Origin: a virus
Lineage: Duplodnaviria > Caudoviricetes
Reading direction: 5' to 3' (one strand)
DNA length: 64,000 nucleotides
Virus record (IMG/VR): IMGVR_UViG_2940244548_000002
Location: 32,001 to 96,000 of that record
The number at the start of each line of letters is the position of its first letter. The stretch's first letter is position 1. A program made the position numbers and the translations under genes. Positions 28,461 through 38,503 of the stretch are shown here, piece after piece. Below the pieces are notes generated by a model. It ran no database searches, had not been told where the DNA came from, and was given only the letters and a program-made list of their open reading frames with translations.

Positions 28461-28720
28461 TTATGGGAACACGTGCAACAATAGCAAAAAACAATGCAGC
28501 AGCATTAATGGCACTGGATTATGAAACCCATCATTGCCATGCACAAAACCAGATGATTTTTGATTTTGGGAAAGGAAACAAAATCGTAGTAGACAGAAAA
28601 ACACAAAAGGCTTATAAAATCTGGAGAAACGAGCCTAAAGACAGCTTTAGTATTAAAGATATGCCTATACAAGAGTTTGAGAGTATAATTATAGCATTTG
28701 GCAACCAAATACCAGTGTAA
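28457..28720 (+). CDS. Hypothetical protein
   Basis: ORF in early operon. Confidence 0.55.
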   Translation: MIMGTRATIAKNNAAALMALDYETHHCHAQNQMIFDFGKGNKIVVDRKTQKAYKIWRNEPKDSFSIKDMPIQEFESIIIAFGNQIPV

Positions 28721-28722
28721 CT

Positions 28723-28866
28723 ATGTGGGCTATAATTATATCATTCTCATTTTTAACACTCGCTTTACTCCTTGTTATAATCATTCTACTGTGCTACATA
28801 AAAGACGTACACAAAACAGTAGATGGATTGTATAACGAATTACAAAATGTAAAGTATGGAAAATGA
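28723..28866 (+). CDS. Small membrane peptide, 47 aa (MWAIIISFSFLTLALLLVIIILLCY...)
   Basis: Read by hand; fills operon gap; below the ORF-track cutoff. Confidence 0.5.
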   Translation: MWAIIISFSFLTLALLLVIIILLCYIKDVHKTVDGLYNELQNVKYGK

Positions 28867-29188
28867 ATTGTACAAAATCCGCTCGTTTTTAATCGGGGTT
28901 GCAGAGAGCGGTGCAGCACGTGTGTTGAAAGATTACAACCCAAAGGGTGACAGATTAACCCAGAGGCAAGCATTTGAGTTTTTTAAGCAGAGAGACACAC
29001 AATTTGGAGGCGAATTTACGCACGGAGAGGCGTGGGTAAGGCGAATGGTTGAAGAGGGGCATTTACACCCTGTAAGGCTCGGAAAGGCTAAGAATAGCCC
29101 ACTATACTACAGCAAAGCAGAATTATTGGCAGTGAGAGCTGCATGCGATGCATACGAGATGGGAATATTTAACGGTACTAAACTGTAA
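28856..29188 (+). CDS. Excisionase-like winged-HTH protein
   Basis: LTQRQA...GE.WV......G.L.P.R.G...NSP.YYS..EL. Confidence 0.55.
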   Translation: MENELYKIRSFLIGVAESGAARVLKDYNPKGDRLTQRQAFEFFKQRDTQFGGEFTHGEAWVRRMVEEGHLHPVRLGKAKNSPLYYSKAELLAVRAACDAYEMGIFNGTKL

Positions 29189-29192
29189 AACA

Positions 29193-29492
29193 ATGAGTAA
29201 ACAACAAAATTCGGTAGAAATGAGCGAAAAGGATTTAGAAAACATAGGATTCATTTTCTGCGAGCACAAAGGAAGAGAGGCATACCACTATTTTGGTAAA
29301 AATAGGGTATTCATGGCATACATAGAAAGGAATAATGCAAAGCCTTATTATGCTGCTGTTTACAAAGTTTGTGATGTAATGCAATTTGATAATCCAAACG
29401 ACCCTAGAAATGGCAAATATGCTCAATCATGGCTTACGGATGAACAAAATATTGAAAAATTAAAAAGATGCCTTGCAATAAACGATAAATAA
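29193..29492 (+). CDS. Hypothetical protein
   Basis: ORF in early operon. Confidence 0.55.
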   Translation: MSKQQNSVEMSEKDLENIGFIFCEHKGREAYHYFGKNRVFMAYIERNNAKPYYAAVYKVCDVMQFDNPNDPRNGKYAQSWLTDEQNIEKLKRCLAINDK

Positions 29493-29499
29493 TAAAACT

Positions 29500-31479
29500 A
29501 TGGTTATTCGATTTTTAAGATTAAAGATGCTCAATTTTAAGGGCGTGCTGGGAGAAAGGGAGATAATATTTAATCCTCAATTAACCCAGATATTAGGTGC
29601 AAATCGCACAGGTAAAACAACTATCCCAGATGCAGCCTTATGGTGTTTATTTGGTAGAAACAGCGAGGATAAAGCGGATTTTGGTATTAAAACACGTGAT
29701 AAAAATGGTGCATTCATTCCAGAGTTATCGCATGAGGTTGAGCTATTTATAGAAGTGGACGGCAAAGAGGTAAGCCTAAAACGTTGCTGGGTTGAAAAAT
29801 GGAGTAAGCCAAAACAGCAAGAGGATAAAGTATTAACTGGGCATACAACCAATTATTTTGTAGATGGTAATAAATATACCGAAACAGAATATAAAGAATA
29901 TATTGAGAGCCTTTGCCCAGAGAGCCTGTTTAGAGTAATTACAAACCCTGCATTTTTCCCAAGTTTGGAGGCTGGCAAACAACGTGCTTTGCTTACTAAA
30001 ATGGTTGGAGAGGTAAGCAATGAAATGATTGCAGAGGGTAAGCCAGAATTTATGGCTATGCTGGAAGAGCTGGATGGGCGTACATTGGAGGCTTTTTTGC
30101 AACACCTATCCTATAAGAAAAAAGGGGTAAAGGATGAGTTGGATAGAATACCTATACGCATTAAGGAGCAAAAAGACGAGATAGTAAAAATTACTCCAGA
30201 GGATACCAGCTGGGAAAAGCTGGAGGGTGATATAACGGCTGCTGAAAATGCCATTGAGCGCATTGATGAAGAGGTTGCAGACCGTAGCAAAACTTTGGAT
30301 ACAGACTATGAGGCAAAAGCTACCGAGCGGAATGCAATTAACAAATTGCGAGAAAAAGTACAAAGCATTGAGTTTGAAGCACGCCAAACATACAACAATG
30401 CCAGCCGTAACAGAACCAATGCTATCCGAGAAGCCGAAAACTCTCTACAGGACACAGAAAGAGAGATTAATACCCAGAAAGGCAGAAAAGAGAGTGCAGA
30501 ACGTGCGCTAAATAGCCTAGAGCAAGAAAAGGCTGATTTTCGTAACCGTTGGCAACTAGTGAACGATGAGGAGTTTATTATTAATGATAATGAGCTTATT
30601 TGCCCTACCTGCAAACGTAGGCTGGAGGAAACAGATGTGCAAGAGAAATCTAGCACTATGGAGGAGAATTTTAACCGTACCAAATCGGGTAAAATAGAGG
30701 CTCTGGAGATTGAAGCTGAACAGCTTAAAAAACGTGGCAATGGCTATAACGATACTATAGCCGAATGCAACAAAAAAATCCAAGAACTAGAGAACCTGCT
30801 ACCTGCCAAAAAACAAGCTGTAGCTGATGCAAAAGCCATTGAGTTGCAAAGCGAGGAAAGTATATTGCAAGGTAACACAGAACTGGTAGAACTAAAAAAA
30901 GAGATTGAAACACGCACAACTGCACTGGATACCCCAAATGCTGCCAGTGAGGAGGTGCAAACTGGCATTAACGCTCTAAAGGGAGATAAAAAACAGCTTC
31001 AAGATAAGGTTGATAGCCTTAAAAAGCAACTTTATGTACGTGAAACTATTGCAAACAAAAACGCACGTATCAAAGAGCTGGAGGGGCAAGAAAAAACTCT
31101 TAACCAGCAACTATCCGAGCTTGAAAAGAAAGAATACACTGCACAGGAGTTTACCAAAGCTCACATTGTAGAGCTGGAGGGTAAAGTTAATGCTCTTTTC
31201 CTAAATGTACGTTTTACCATGTTCGACCACAAGTTAAATGGAGCTCTAAAGCCTATTTGTGAGTGTACGGTGGGCGGTGTACCCTACAGTGATCTAAATA
31301 ATGCAGACCGCATTAATGCTGGTATAGATATAATCAATGCGATTTGCCGATTTAACAACGTATATGCTCCATGCTTCATAGATAATGCAGAGAGTATTAA
31401 CGATGTAATGCCTATGGATAGCCAAGCTATTCACCTTATTGTGAGCAGAGATAAAGAGCTAGTAATAATCAACAATTAA
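29500..31479 (+). CDS. Rad50/SbcC-like ATPase
   Basis: NFKG, GANRTGKTT, coiled coil with CPTC hook, FIDNAES. Confidence 0.88.
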   Translation: MVIRFLRLKMLNFKGVLGEREIIFNPQLTQILGANRTGKTTIPDAALWCLFGRNSEDKADFGIKTRDKNGAFIPELSHEVELFIEVDGKEVSLKRCWVEKWSKPKQQEDKVLTGHTTNYFVDGNKYTETEYKEYIESLCPESLFRVITNPAFFPSLEAGKQRALLTKMVGEVSNEMIAEGKPEFMAMLEELDGRTLEAFLQHLSYKKKGVKDELDRIPIRIKEQKDEIVKITPEDTSWEKLEGDITAAENAIERIDEEVADRSKTLDTDYEAKATERNAINKLREKVQSIEFEARQTYNNASRNRTNAIREAENSLQDTEREINTQKGRKESAERALNSLEQEKADFRNRWQLVNDEEFIINDNELICPTCKRRLEETDVQEKSSTMEENFNRTKSGKIEALEIEAEQLKKRGNGYNDTIAECNKKIQELENLLPAKKQAVADAKAIELQSEESILQGNTELVELKKEIETRTTALDTPNAASEEVQTGINALKGDKKQLQDKVDSLKKQLYVRETIANKNARIKELEGQEKTLNQQLSELEKKEYTAQEFTKAHIVELEGKVNALFLNVRFTMFDHKLNGALKPICECTVGGVPYSDLNNADRINAGIDIINAICRFNNVYAPCFIDNAESINDVMPMDSQAIHLIVSRDKELVIINN

Positions 31480-31490
31480 TTAGTAATAAC

Positions 31491-32444
31491 ATGGGAAATG
31501 ATGCCAACAATGCTGGTGGTGCAAATACGCAGGCACAGCAACAAACGCTTACTCAAAACGCAGTAGCATTAAAAAAATTTCAAGAGGAAACAACCGAGCA
31601 GGTACTAGCTAAGATTACCCTCATGCAAGAGGCTGGAGCTATCAAATTACCTGCTAATTATTCGGCTGGCAATGCTGTTAAACTGGGATGGCTTTACCTT
31701 ATGGATGTAAAGGACAGGAATAATAAGCCAGCTGTAGAGGTTTGTACACGTGAAAGTATCTGTAATACCTTTTTTAAGATGGTTATTAAAGGGCTATCTG
31801 TAGCGAAAAAACAATGCTATTTCATTGTTTATGGCAACCAGCTAACTCTACAGGAGGATTACAGAGGTAATCTAATGATAGCAAAGCGGGATACTCCTAT
31901 AGCCGATGTAAACCCACAAGTAATTTACGAGGGCGACAATTTTGTATATACGGTTGATGAAAATGGTTTGTACCAGCTGGTGAAGCATGAGACCAAACTA
32001 GAGAACATTAACATAGACAAAATTACTGGAGCTTATGCAGTAGTTATAAATAAAGATGGCTCGAAAAGGCTGGAAATTATGACTATAGCACAAATCCGTA
32101 ACTCATGGACGCAAGGTGCTGCTGGTGGCAAAAGTGGTGCGCATGTAAAGTTTACAGACCAAATGTGCAAGAAAACAGTTATCAACCGAGCATGTAAAAT
32201 TGAGATTGGCAGCAGCGATGATAGCGCAATTATGGGAGATGATGATGATGTGGATGCAGTACTAGATATACCAGTAGAAGAAAGAAAGAGCGCACTGGAG
32301 CAAGGTACTACAATAGTGGATGCAACGGATATTACCTATGAGGAAGTAAAAGAAACTCCAGAAGCTACACCTACAGCGGAAGCCCCCCAGCCAGAGCAAA
32401 CAGCAAAAGGTACAAAAGGCACACAAAAAGATTGCCCAATTTAA
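31491..32444 (+). CDS. recT: RecT-family recombinase
   Basis: GL...KKQCYFIVYG, YRG, FTDQM.KKTVI.RA.K. Confidence 0.9.
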   Translation: MGNDANNAGGANTQAQQQTLTQNAVALKKFQEETTEQVLAKITLMQEAGAIKLPANYSAGNAVKLGWLYLMDVKDRNNKPAVEVCTRESICNTFFKMVIKGLSVAKKQCYFIVYGNQLTLQEDYRGNLMIAKRDTPIADVNPQVIYEGDNFVYTVDENGLYQLVKHETKLENINIDKITGAYAVVINKDGSKRLEIMTIAQIRNSWTQGAAGGKSGAHVKFTDQMCKKTVINRACKIEIGSSDDSAIMGDDDDVDAVLDIPVEERKSALEQGTTIVDATDITYEEVKETPEATPTAEAPQPEQTAKGTKGTQKDCPI

Positions 32445-32457
32445 TAAGTAGCAGATA

Positions 32458-33189
32458 ATGGAACTAAAGATACTAGGCAGCTCCTCACATGGGAACGGAT
32501 ATATACTGGAGGCAGATAATGAGGCTCTGATTATAGAGGCTGGTGTTAAGCTGCTGGAGGCAAAGAAAGCCATAAATTTCAACCTTTCCAAAGTAGTGGG
32601 CTGCTTAGTATCTCACCAACACAACGACCATGCTGGCAATGCTCTGGAGTATGCCAGTGCAGGTGTAATCGTGCTAGCCTTGCCAGAGGTAATAATAGCT
32701 AAAAATATAGAGCGGAATTATAAAACGATTGAGTTTGGGAAAGGGTACAAGATGGGTAATTTCAAGATACTACCTTTTGAGCTTATGCACGATGTACCAT
32801 GTGCAGGTTTTTTAATTGAGCATCCCCAGAGCGGAAAAGTGCTGTTTATTACCGACACATACGCATGCAAGTATAGGTTTACAGGCTTATCCCACATACT
32901 TATCGAAGCCAATTACGCAGATGATATTTTAACAGATAATATACTGGAGGGTAGATTACCACAAGTAATGCGCAAAAGACTATTAACAAGCCACATGGAG
33001 ATAGAGAGTACAAAAGAGTTTTTGCGCTCCAGCGACTTAAAACAGGTACGCAATATTGTATTACTCCATTTAAGCGATGGAAATAGTAACGAAAAGCGGT
33101 TTGTTGATGAGTGCAAGGCTGTTACTGGGAAAAAGGTAGTAGCTGCTAATGCAGGGATGGTTATACAATTTGGAGCTTTACCATTATGA
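32458..33189 (+). CDS. Metallo-beta-lactamase-fold nuclease
   Basis: GSSSHGN, SHQHNDH, HD, TDT, EANY, SHM, HLS. Confidence 0.9.
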   Translation: MELKILGSSSHGNGYILEADNEALIIEAGVKLLEAKKAINFNLSKVVGCLVSHQHNDHAGNALEYASAGVIVLALPEVIIAKNIERNYKTIEFGKGYKMGNFKILPFELMHDVPCAGFLIEHPQSGKVLFITDTYACKYRFTGLSHILIEANYADDILTDNILEGRLPQVMRKRLLTSHMEIESTKEFLRSSDLKQVRNIVLLHLSDGNSNEKRFVDECKAVTGKKVVAANAGMVIQFGALPL

Positions 33190-33371
33190 GATATTTAACA
33201 GAGGCAAATGCTAAGACTGTGATTGAAGCTCTGGAGGAAAAGATAACCGAGCTACAGCAGCTACCTAAAAAGGGCTTACGATTACAAAATAAGATAAGAT
33301 TGATGCAGATTGCATTAAGTGATTTACAAAAAAATAAAATTAAGAAAAATGGAAGTATTAAAAGCAAATAA
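33186..33371 (+). CDS. Hypothetical protein
   Basis: Coupled short ORF. Confidence 0.5.
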   Translation: MRYLTEANAKTVIEALEEKITELQQLPKKGLRLQNKIRLMQIALSDLQKNKIKKNGSIKSK

Positions 33372-33951
33372 GCAGGAGGTATTAAACTGCTTTAACAAGG
33401 CTGCACAAGGAAGTGATGCCAGAACAATACTAAAGCAACTCTTTGGAGATGCAGTATTTGAGTTTGATTACAGAAGTATAAAAACGGTTGAAGATGCCTA
33501 TAAAGCTATGGGTATAGACCAAGTAAACCCATTTTTCTCTAATACCCCAAAATTCGGGTTGCCATTGCTTGATATGGCTCTGGCTTCCTCTGGAGCTCTA
33601 TTTGATTTGTGGGTGGTATGTGCTGCCATAAATAACGGCAAATGGGTAGACCAAGACGGATGGGGATATTACCCTTACTGGGTGCTATACTCCAAAGAGG
33701 AGATTGCGGAAATGGGCGAGGCTGAACGTAAAAAGCAGAATATTTGCCTCCTTGCTGGTGTCACTGCGCATCATGCGGAGTTTGCGGGTGTGCGTGGAGC
33801 GTATGCGGGTCGTCGTGGCTCGTATTCGGCTACGTATGGAGGTTTTCCCTTGTGCCTGAACGACAGCGAAAGGGCTATTTACTGTGGAAATCAATTCAGA
33901 GAGCTCTGGTTTAAGTATTACGGATTTATTTTAAAGGAGGGGCAAAAATGA
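33349..33951 (+). CDS. Phage early protein carrying a DGR VR-like segment
   Basis: IKTVEDA N-terminal motif; A-poor segment 33745-33855 in register with the TR peptide. Confidence 0.7.
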   Translation: MEVLKANKQEVLNCFNKAAQGSDARTILKQLFGDAVFEFDYRSIKTVEDAYKAMGIDQVNPFFSNTPKFGLPLLDMALASSGALFDLWVVCAAINNGKWVDQDGWGYYPYWVLYSKEEIAEMGEAERKKQNICLLAGVTAHHAEFAGVRGAYAGRRGSYSATYGGFPLCLNDSERAIYCGNQFRELWFKYYGFILKEGQK

Positions 33952-34409
33952 TGTGGTTTCAATGTAAAGTTAGTTACGAGAAGATTGCCGAAAATGGCAT
34001 GAATGTAAAAGTAACCGAGCCCTATTTAGTTGATGCTCTTAGCTATACGGAGGCAGAGGCACGGATTATAGAGGAAATGCAGCCCTACATAAGCGGTGAG
34101 TTTACGATAGCCGATATTAAAAGAGCAAACTATGCAGAGATTTTTAATAGAGATGATGAGCAAGCAGACCGCTGGTGGGAATGTAAGGTAGAGTATATAA
34201 CTCTGGATGAAAAAAGCGGTTCGGAAAAACGTACAGGGGTAAGGATGCTGGTAAAAGCCACTGATTTAAAAAATGCCTATGATGAATTAATCATAGGTAT
34301 GAAAGATACAATGGCTGATTACTGGGTTAAAAACATAAAGGAAACACCCATTATGGATATTTTCCCATACAGTGCGACAACCGAGCAGACAGAGGAGACT
34401 GGTAACTAA
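33948..34409 (+). CDS. DUF4494-family protein
   Basis: WF.CKV.YEK..ENG..KV.E.YLVDALS.TEAEARI. Confidence 0.85.
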   Translation: MMWFQCKVSYEKIAENGMNVKVTEPYLVDALSYTEAEARIIEEMQPYISGEFTIADIKRANYAEIFNRDDEQADRWWECKVEYITLDEKSGSEKRTGVRMLVKATDLKNAYDELIIGMKDTMADYWVKNIKETPIMDIFPYSATTEQTEETGN

Positions 34410-34474
34410 TCAATAAAATGTACCACTGTGCTAGAGAAAATAGTACAGTGGGCATAAAAAGGAGTGATTTTTTA

Positions 34475-35251
34475 ATGAAAGGTTGGATTTGCTTACATAG
34501 ACAATTTCTTAAATGGGAATGGGCGGGTGACCCTAACATGGTAGCTCTGTTTGTTTACCTACTCTTAATGGCAAACTCGGAAGAGGGCTATAAGTGGAAA
34601 GGAATTACATTAAATAGAGGCGAATTATTAACCAGCCTACCTAGAATAAGCAAGGATACTGGCTTAACAATACAGACCGTGCGCACATGCTTAAATCGGT
34701 TAAAATCAACAGGCGAAATAACAGACAAAACAACAAACAAATTTAGGGTAATAACTATCTGTAAATATGGAGATTATCAAGACTTCAACAAAAAGGATAA
34801 CAGCCAAACTAACAGGCAAACTAACAGCCAGCCAACAGGCAAGCAACATCCAACTAACATCATTCAACAAAATAACAATATAACAAGTGATAACAATAAT
34901 AATGATAGTATGAATGATTTAGAATTGATGTTTGAGGATTTTAGGAAAGCCTATAAGGGTACAAAAAGAGGCTTTAAGCTGGAGTTTGAGAACCTAAAAA
35001 AGAAACGCCCGAAAGATTGGCGGGAAGTTGTGCCAAAGTTAATGCCTGCATTGGAGCGATTGATAGAGTGGAGAGAGCAGGCGCAGAGTGCTGGAAAATT
35101 TGTGCCAGAGTGGGCAATGCTGCAAACGTGGATTAACCAGAGTAGATGGGAAAGTGAATTAGAAACAATTAACGAAAATGGAAGCAATAAAACTGGATAC
35201 AATAATAAGGAGAATGGAGCGGGAGCACCAAACTATGACGAAGAGTTTTGA
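34475..35251 (+). CDS. Replication initiator (replisome organiser)
   Basis: GWI.LHR...W.W, winged HTH, low-complexity iteron linker, WINQ.RWE. Confidence 0.8.
   Translation: MKGWICLHRQFLKWEWAGDPNMVALFVYLLLMANSEEGYKWKGITLNRGELLTSLPRISKDTGLTIQTVRTCLNRLKSTGEITDKTTNKFRVITICKYGDYQDFNKKDNSQTNRQTNSQPTGKQHPTNIIQQNNNITSDNNNNDSMNDLELMFEDFRKAYKGTKRGFKLEFENLKKKRPKDWREVVPKLMPALERLIEWREQAQSAGKFVPEWAMLQTWINQSRWESELETINENGSNKTGYNNKENGAGAPNYDEEF
34705..34905 (+). repeat. Probable replication origin: YAACAGVCAA iterons at about 12-bp period plus AT-rich tract
   Basis: Repeats at 34707, 34719, 34731, 34798, 34810, 34822, 34833 inside the initiator gene, as in lambdoid origins. Confidence 0.7.
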
Positions 35252-35900
35252 GGATTTGAGTAATGAGGATGTATATTCTCAACATGCAAACCTTACAATT
35301 CACATAGCAAACCAGCTGCTATTACCACAACGGAGGACATTTGTAGTGGATGATAGGAACAAACAAATAATGCGCTTTTTACTCTATTACTTTAATGATT
35401 GCCCTCTGGCAGAGGAGGTTTTCCCCGATAAGCATTACAAGTTGCACAAAAACTTGCTCATTTGTGGGGATGTGGGTACTGGTAAAACGCTCCTGATGCA
35501 AATATTTTCCGAATATTTGAAATACACCGATAACCCGAACCACTTTCACAACCTATCAGTAACGCAAATGGTGAACTATTATACCATACACAATAACCTT
35601 GATAGGTACACCTACAATGAGGAGAGTAGCGTAGGGTTTCAGATAAAACCAGTAAACATTTGCTTGAATGATATAGGAATTGAAAGCAAGGTACATTTTG
35701 GGATGGATACGAAAGTATTAACCAATGAGTTCCTGCATGCTCGTAATGAGGTTTGGGTACATTACCGCAAACATGGGCACTTAACCACCAATTTATCTGT
35801 AGCCCAGTTGAAAGAAGAATTTGCCGATAGCTTTGGTAGGCTGGTAGATAGGTTCAAAACGTATAACGTAATCGCCATGACTGGCGAAAGTAGGAGGTAA
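35178..35900 (+). CDS. DnaC/IstB-like ATPase (helicase loader)
   Basis: GDVGTGKT, LNDIG, TTNL, RL.DR, G.SRR. Confidence 0.85.
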   Translation: MEAIKLDTIIRRMEREHQTMTKSFEDLSNEDVYSQHANLTIHIANQLLLPQRRTFVVDDRNKQIMRFLLYYFNDCPLAEEVFPDKHYKLHKNLLICGDVGTGKTLLMQIFSEYLKYTDNPNHFHNLSVTQMVNYYTIHNNLDRYTYNEESSVGFQIKPVNICLNDIGIESKVHFGMDTKVLTNEFLHARNEVWVHYRKHGHLTTNLSVAQLKEEFADSFGRLVDRFKTYNVIAMTGESRR

Positions 35901-35931
35901 AAAAATAAAATAATAAAATAATAACAGCTTT

Positions 35932-36651
35932 ATGGAAAACAAGAAAGAAGCAATTAAAAGGAAAATCAAGGCTCTATTGGTAAGAACTACAGAAAATGGA
36001 GCTACAGAGGCAGAAGCTCTGGCAGCAATGGCTAAAGCAAAAGAGTTAATGATGGAGTATTACATCTCCGAGCATGAGCTAACCGACCCCTACGCATTTG
36101 AAAAGTGTGTTTTTAAAGAGGTAGATTTAATTAAATCTGGGTATGAACTTGGAGGATTTTATAACTCCTTAACCAGATTGTTTGATTGTGAATATTTCTA
36201 CAACTACAAACGTATCTCATTCTTTGGATTTGAGGAAGATACCGAGCTATGCGCTTACTTCTACACTTTCATCATTCGGGCATGTATGGCTGAAAAAGAC
36301 AAGTATATGAACTCCAAAGAGTGTAAGGCTCTCAAAAACATTTATCATGGTAGAACTCTGGCAGCTTCTTTTGTTAAAGGTTTTATCTGGGGTATTAGCC
36401 AGAAAATGGAGGATATGTACCAAAGCAGGAAAAAAGATTTGCCCGAAGAGGTTGGGTTGATGGTAATTGATAAAAGGAACAAAGTTAATACCCAGTTTGA
36501 AGAGCAAAATTTGAAAATAAAAACCCATAGGAGCAACCTAGAGATAAAGCAATATAGTGCTTTTCTTGATGGGGAACATAAGGGGTTAAGTACAGAGTTA
36601 AATTATGCTCTAAACGGAGGTCAAAAAGAAGTATTATCATTACCAGAATAG
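35932..36651 (+). CDS. DUF2786-domain protein
   Basis: KIKALL......GATEAEA.AA..KA.ELM. Confidence 0.75.
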   Translation: MENKKEAIKRKIKALLVRTTENGATEAEALAAMAKAKELMMEYYISEHELTDPYAFEKCVFKEVDLIKSGYELGGFYNSLTRLFDCEYFYNYKRISFFGFEEDTELCAYFYTFIIRACMAEKDKYMNSKECKALKNIYHGRTLAASFVKGFIWGISQKMEDMYQSRKKDLPEEVGLMVIDKRNKVNTQFEEQNLKIKTHRSNLEIKQYSAFLDGEHKGLSTELNYALNGGQKEVLSLPE

Positions 36652-36724
36652 AGAAACGCATAATTTTTACATAGTAACACATTGTAAAAGCGTGTATATA
36701 CGCCACGTAAATAAAGAAAATGAT

Positions 36725-37201
36725 ATGAAAAATAGAATAGAAAGATTAAAGCTGGCAGTGCTCCTATTAACTGTAAATTTTTTAGCTGGGCACTCAAAAG
36801 CAGGAAAACCTACAGGATTTGCTGATGCATATAAAAGCAAAATAAAACTGCATACGATGCGGGAAAACTACGAGTACTGGGCTGCCAAAGTAGAGAAAAT
36901 AAATGCTGGCAAAATGGAGCTTAGTATTAGGCAATGGGCTGGTAAACCATATAATAGTAACCAGAGCGAACTAGACCGTTTGCAGCATGTGCATTTGCAA
37001 CGCTTTGAAATGTACTGGTATAAAAGCCAGAGAGAAAAAGGAGAATTACCCACTGTTTGCATTGATGGGAAGCTCTACACGGATGTAAAAACTCTTGCTG
37101 CAAATGATGGGCTAGAGCTGGAGGATTGGTTAGAGTGGTTTTTCAAGAAAAAAGAGACGGTTAGCGGGTGTATAATACATTTTACTGATTTCAAATACTA
37201 A
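36725..37201 (+). CDS. ASCH/PUA-like phage protein
   Basis: K.HT.R, QW.GKPY, LA.NDGL..EDW..WF. Confidence 0.5.
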   Translation: MKNRIERLKLAVLLLTVNFLAGHSKAGKPTGFADAYKSKIKLHTMRENYEYWAAKVEKINAGKMELSIRQWAGKPYNSNQSELDRLQHVHLQRFEMYWYKSQREKGELPTVCIDGKLYTDVKTLAANDGLELEDWLEWFFKKKETVSGCIIHFTDFKY

Positions 37202-37206
37202 TTATT

Positions 37207-37623
37207 GTGGGAGCTATGGACGAACAATGGAGACCCGTAATGGGGTATGGAGGCTACGAGGTAAGTAATTTAGGTAATGTTCGCAAGCAGGGGCAAACAA
37301 AGCATCTGAAAAGGTGTACAGGGTATGGTATGAGGCGTGTTGTTTTGCGTTCTGGAAACGATTTTCACCTAATATCAGTGGCAAAATTAGTATTGGAGGC
37401 TTTTACTGGAAAAATGCCCAAAGGCATGAAGCCAAGTTGTATGGATGGTAATTATGAGCACTTAGAGCTAACAAATTTATGCTGGGTGGTACGGAGGCAA
37501 AAAAAATACAAGAAAACAAAAAGACAGCCGACAAAGCCCAGCACCACTATGGAGGATTTAATAAACAGGCATAGTAAATACATAAAAAAACAAAATGGAG
37601 ATGGGAGCAACAGCACGCAGTAA
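37207..37623 (+). CDS. NUMOD4 protein with degenerate HNH
   Basis: WRPV.GY..YEVSNLGNVR; HNH residues altered (SCMDGNYEH). Confidence 0.7.
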   Translation: MGAMDEQWRPVMGYGGYEVSNLGNVRKQGQTKHLKRCTGYGMRRVVLRSGNDFHLISVAKLVLEAFTGKMPKGMKPSCMDGNYEHLELTNLCWVVRRQKKYKKTKRQPTKPSTTMEDLINRHSKYIKKQNGDGSNSTQ

Positions 37624-37819
37624 TTTTTTTGCAGATAAGGCTAACATGGAGAGCCAAGTATTATCTCTGGTAGAAGATTTTGCTAAAAAACATGGGGTAT
37701 CTGTAGTATTTACAGCAGATATAGCTGTAGAACAGGAGTGTATTTGTGAAGTAGGCAAACCAGATAGGGTGATTGCCAATATTGTAACAAAAAAGAGTTA
37801 TAAAGTTAATATCGAATAG
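37595..37819 (+). CDS. Hypothetical protein
   Basis: Operon ORF. Confidence 0.5.
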   Translation: MEMGATARSNFFADKANMESQVLSLVEDFAKKHGVSVVFTADIAVEQECICEVGKPDRVIANIVTKKSYKVNIE

Positions 37820-37820
37820 T

Positions 37821-38498
37821 ATGGGATTAAATAATTCAAAAGGCAATATGTATGATTTTGTAACTCATACATGGAACGCAATAAAAGGAGCATGTTTGCA
37901 TGATTGCTCATATTGTTATATGAAGCGGTGGGGCAAATTAAATCCAGTACGGTTGGATGAGAGCGAGTTTAAGACAGATTTGGGAGCTGGCAACTTCATT
38001 TTTGTTGGTAGCAGCTGTGATATGTTTGCAGAGGATATACCAGAGGAATGGATACTAAAAGTATTAAACTTTTGCTATCAGCATGACAACAGGTACTTAA
38101 TCCAATCAAAGAACCCTGCAAGGATTTTAGAGTTTATCAATCATCCCATTTTTTCAAAGAAAGCAGTTGTATGTACTACTCTGGAGAGTAATGTTTTTTA
38201 TCCAGAGGTAATGAAAAACTCTCCTGCACCATTAGATAGAAGTGCAGCAATGAGCCAGATAAGCCATTGCGGTGTACCTACCTATGTTACCATTGAGCCA
38301 ATAATGGAGTTTAGCAGCCTAGTGCTATTTTCTGAAATGATTAAACAATGCAATCCAGTACAGGTAAATATTGGAGCTGACAGCGGGAATAATCACCTAC
38401 CAGAGCCCTCTATTGAAAAAATAGAGGAGCTAATAAATGCAATAAAAGAGTTTACAACAATTAACCGTAAAAGTAACTTAAAGAGAATTTTAAAATAA
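37821..38498 (+). CDS. Radical SAM protein, DUF5131 (Gp37/Gp68)-like
   Basis: TWN...G.C.H.CSYCY, IFV.S..D.F, SKNP, IEP. Confidence 0.8.
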   Translation: MGLNNSKGNMYDFVTHTWNAIKGACLHDCSYCYMKRWGKLNPVRLDESEFKTDLGAGNFIFVGSSCDMFAEDIPEEWILKVLNFCYQHDNRYLIQSKNPARILEFINHPIFSKKAVVCTTLESNVFYPEVMKNSPAPLDRSAAMSQISHCGVPTYVTIEPIMEFSSLVLFSEMIKQCNPVQVNIGADSGNNHLPEPSIEKIEELINAIKEFTTINRKSNLKRILK

Positions 38499-38503
38499 AA
38501 ATT

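Noticed and set aside
33745-33855. Second target of the in-window TR
   Set aside because: Too many mismatches at non-adenine TR positions
37207-37623. Active HNH homing endonuclease
   Set aside because: Catalytic His/Asn positions are substituted
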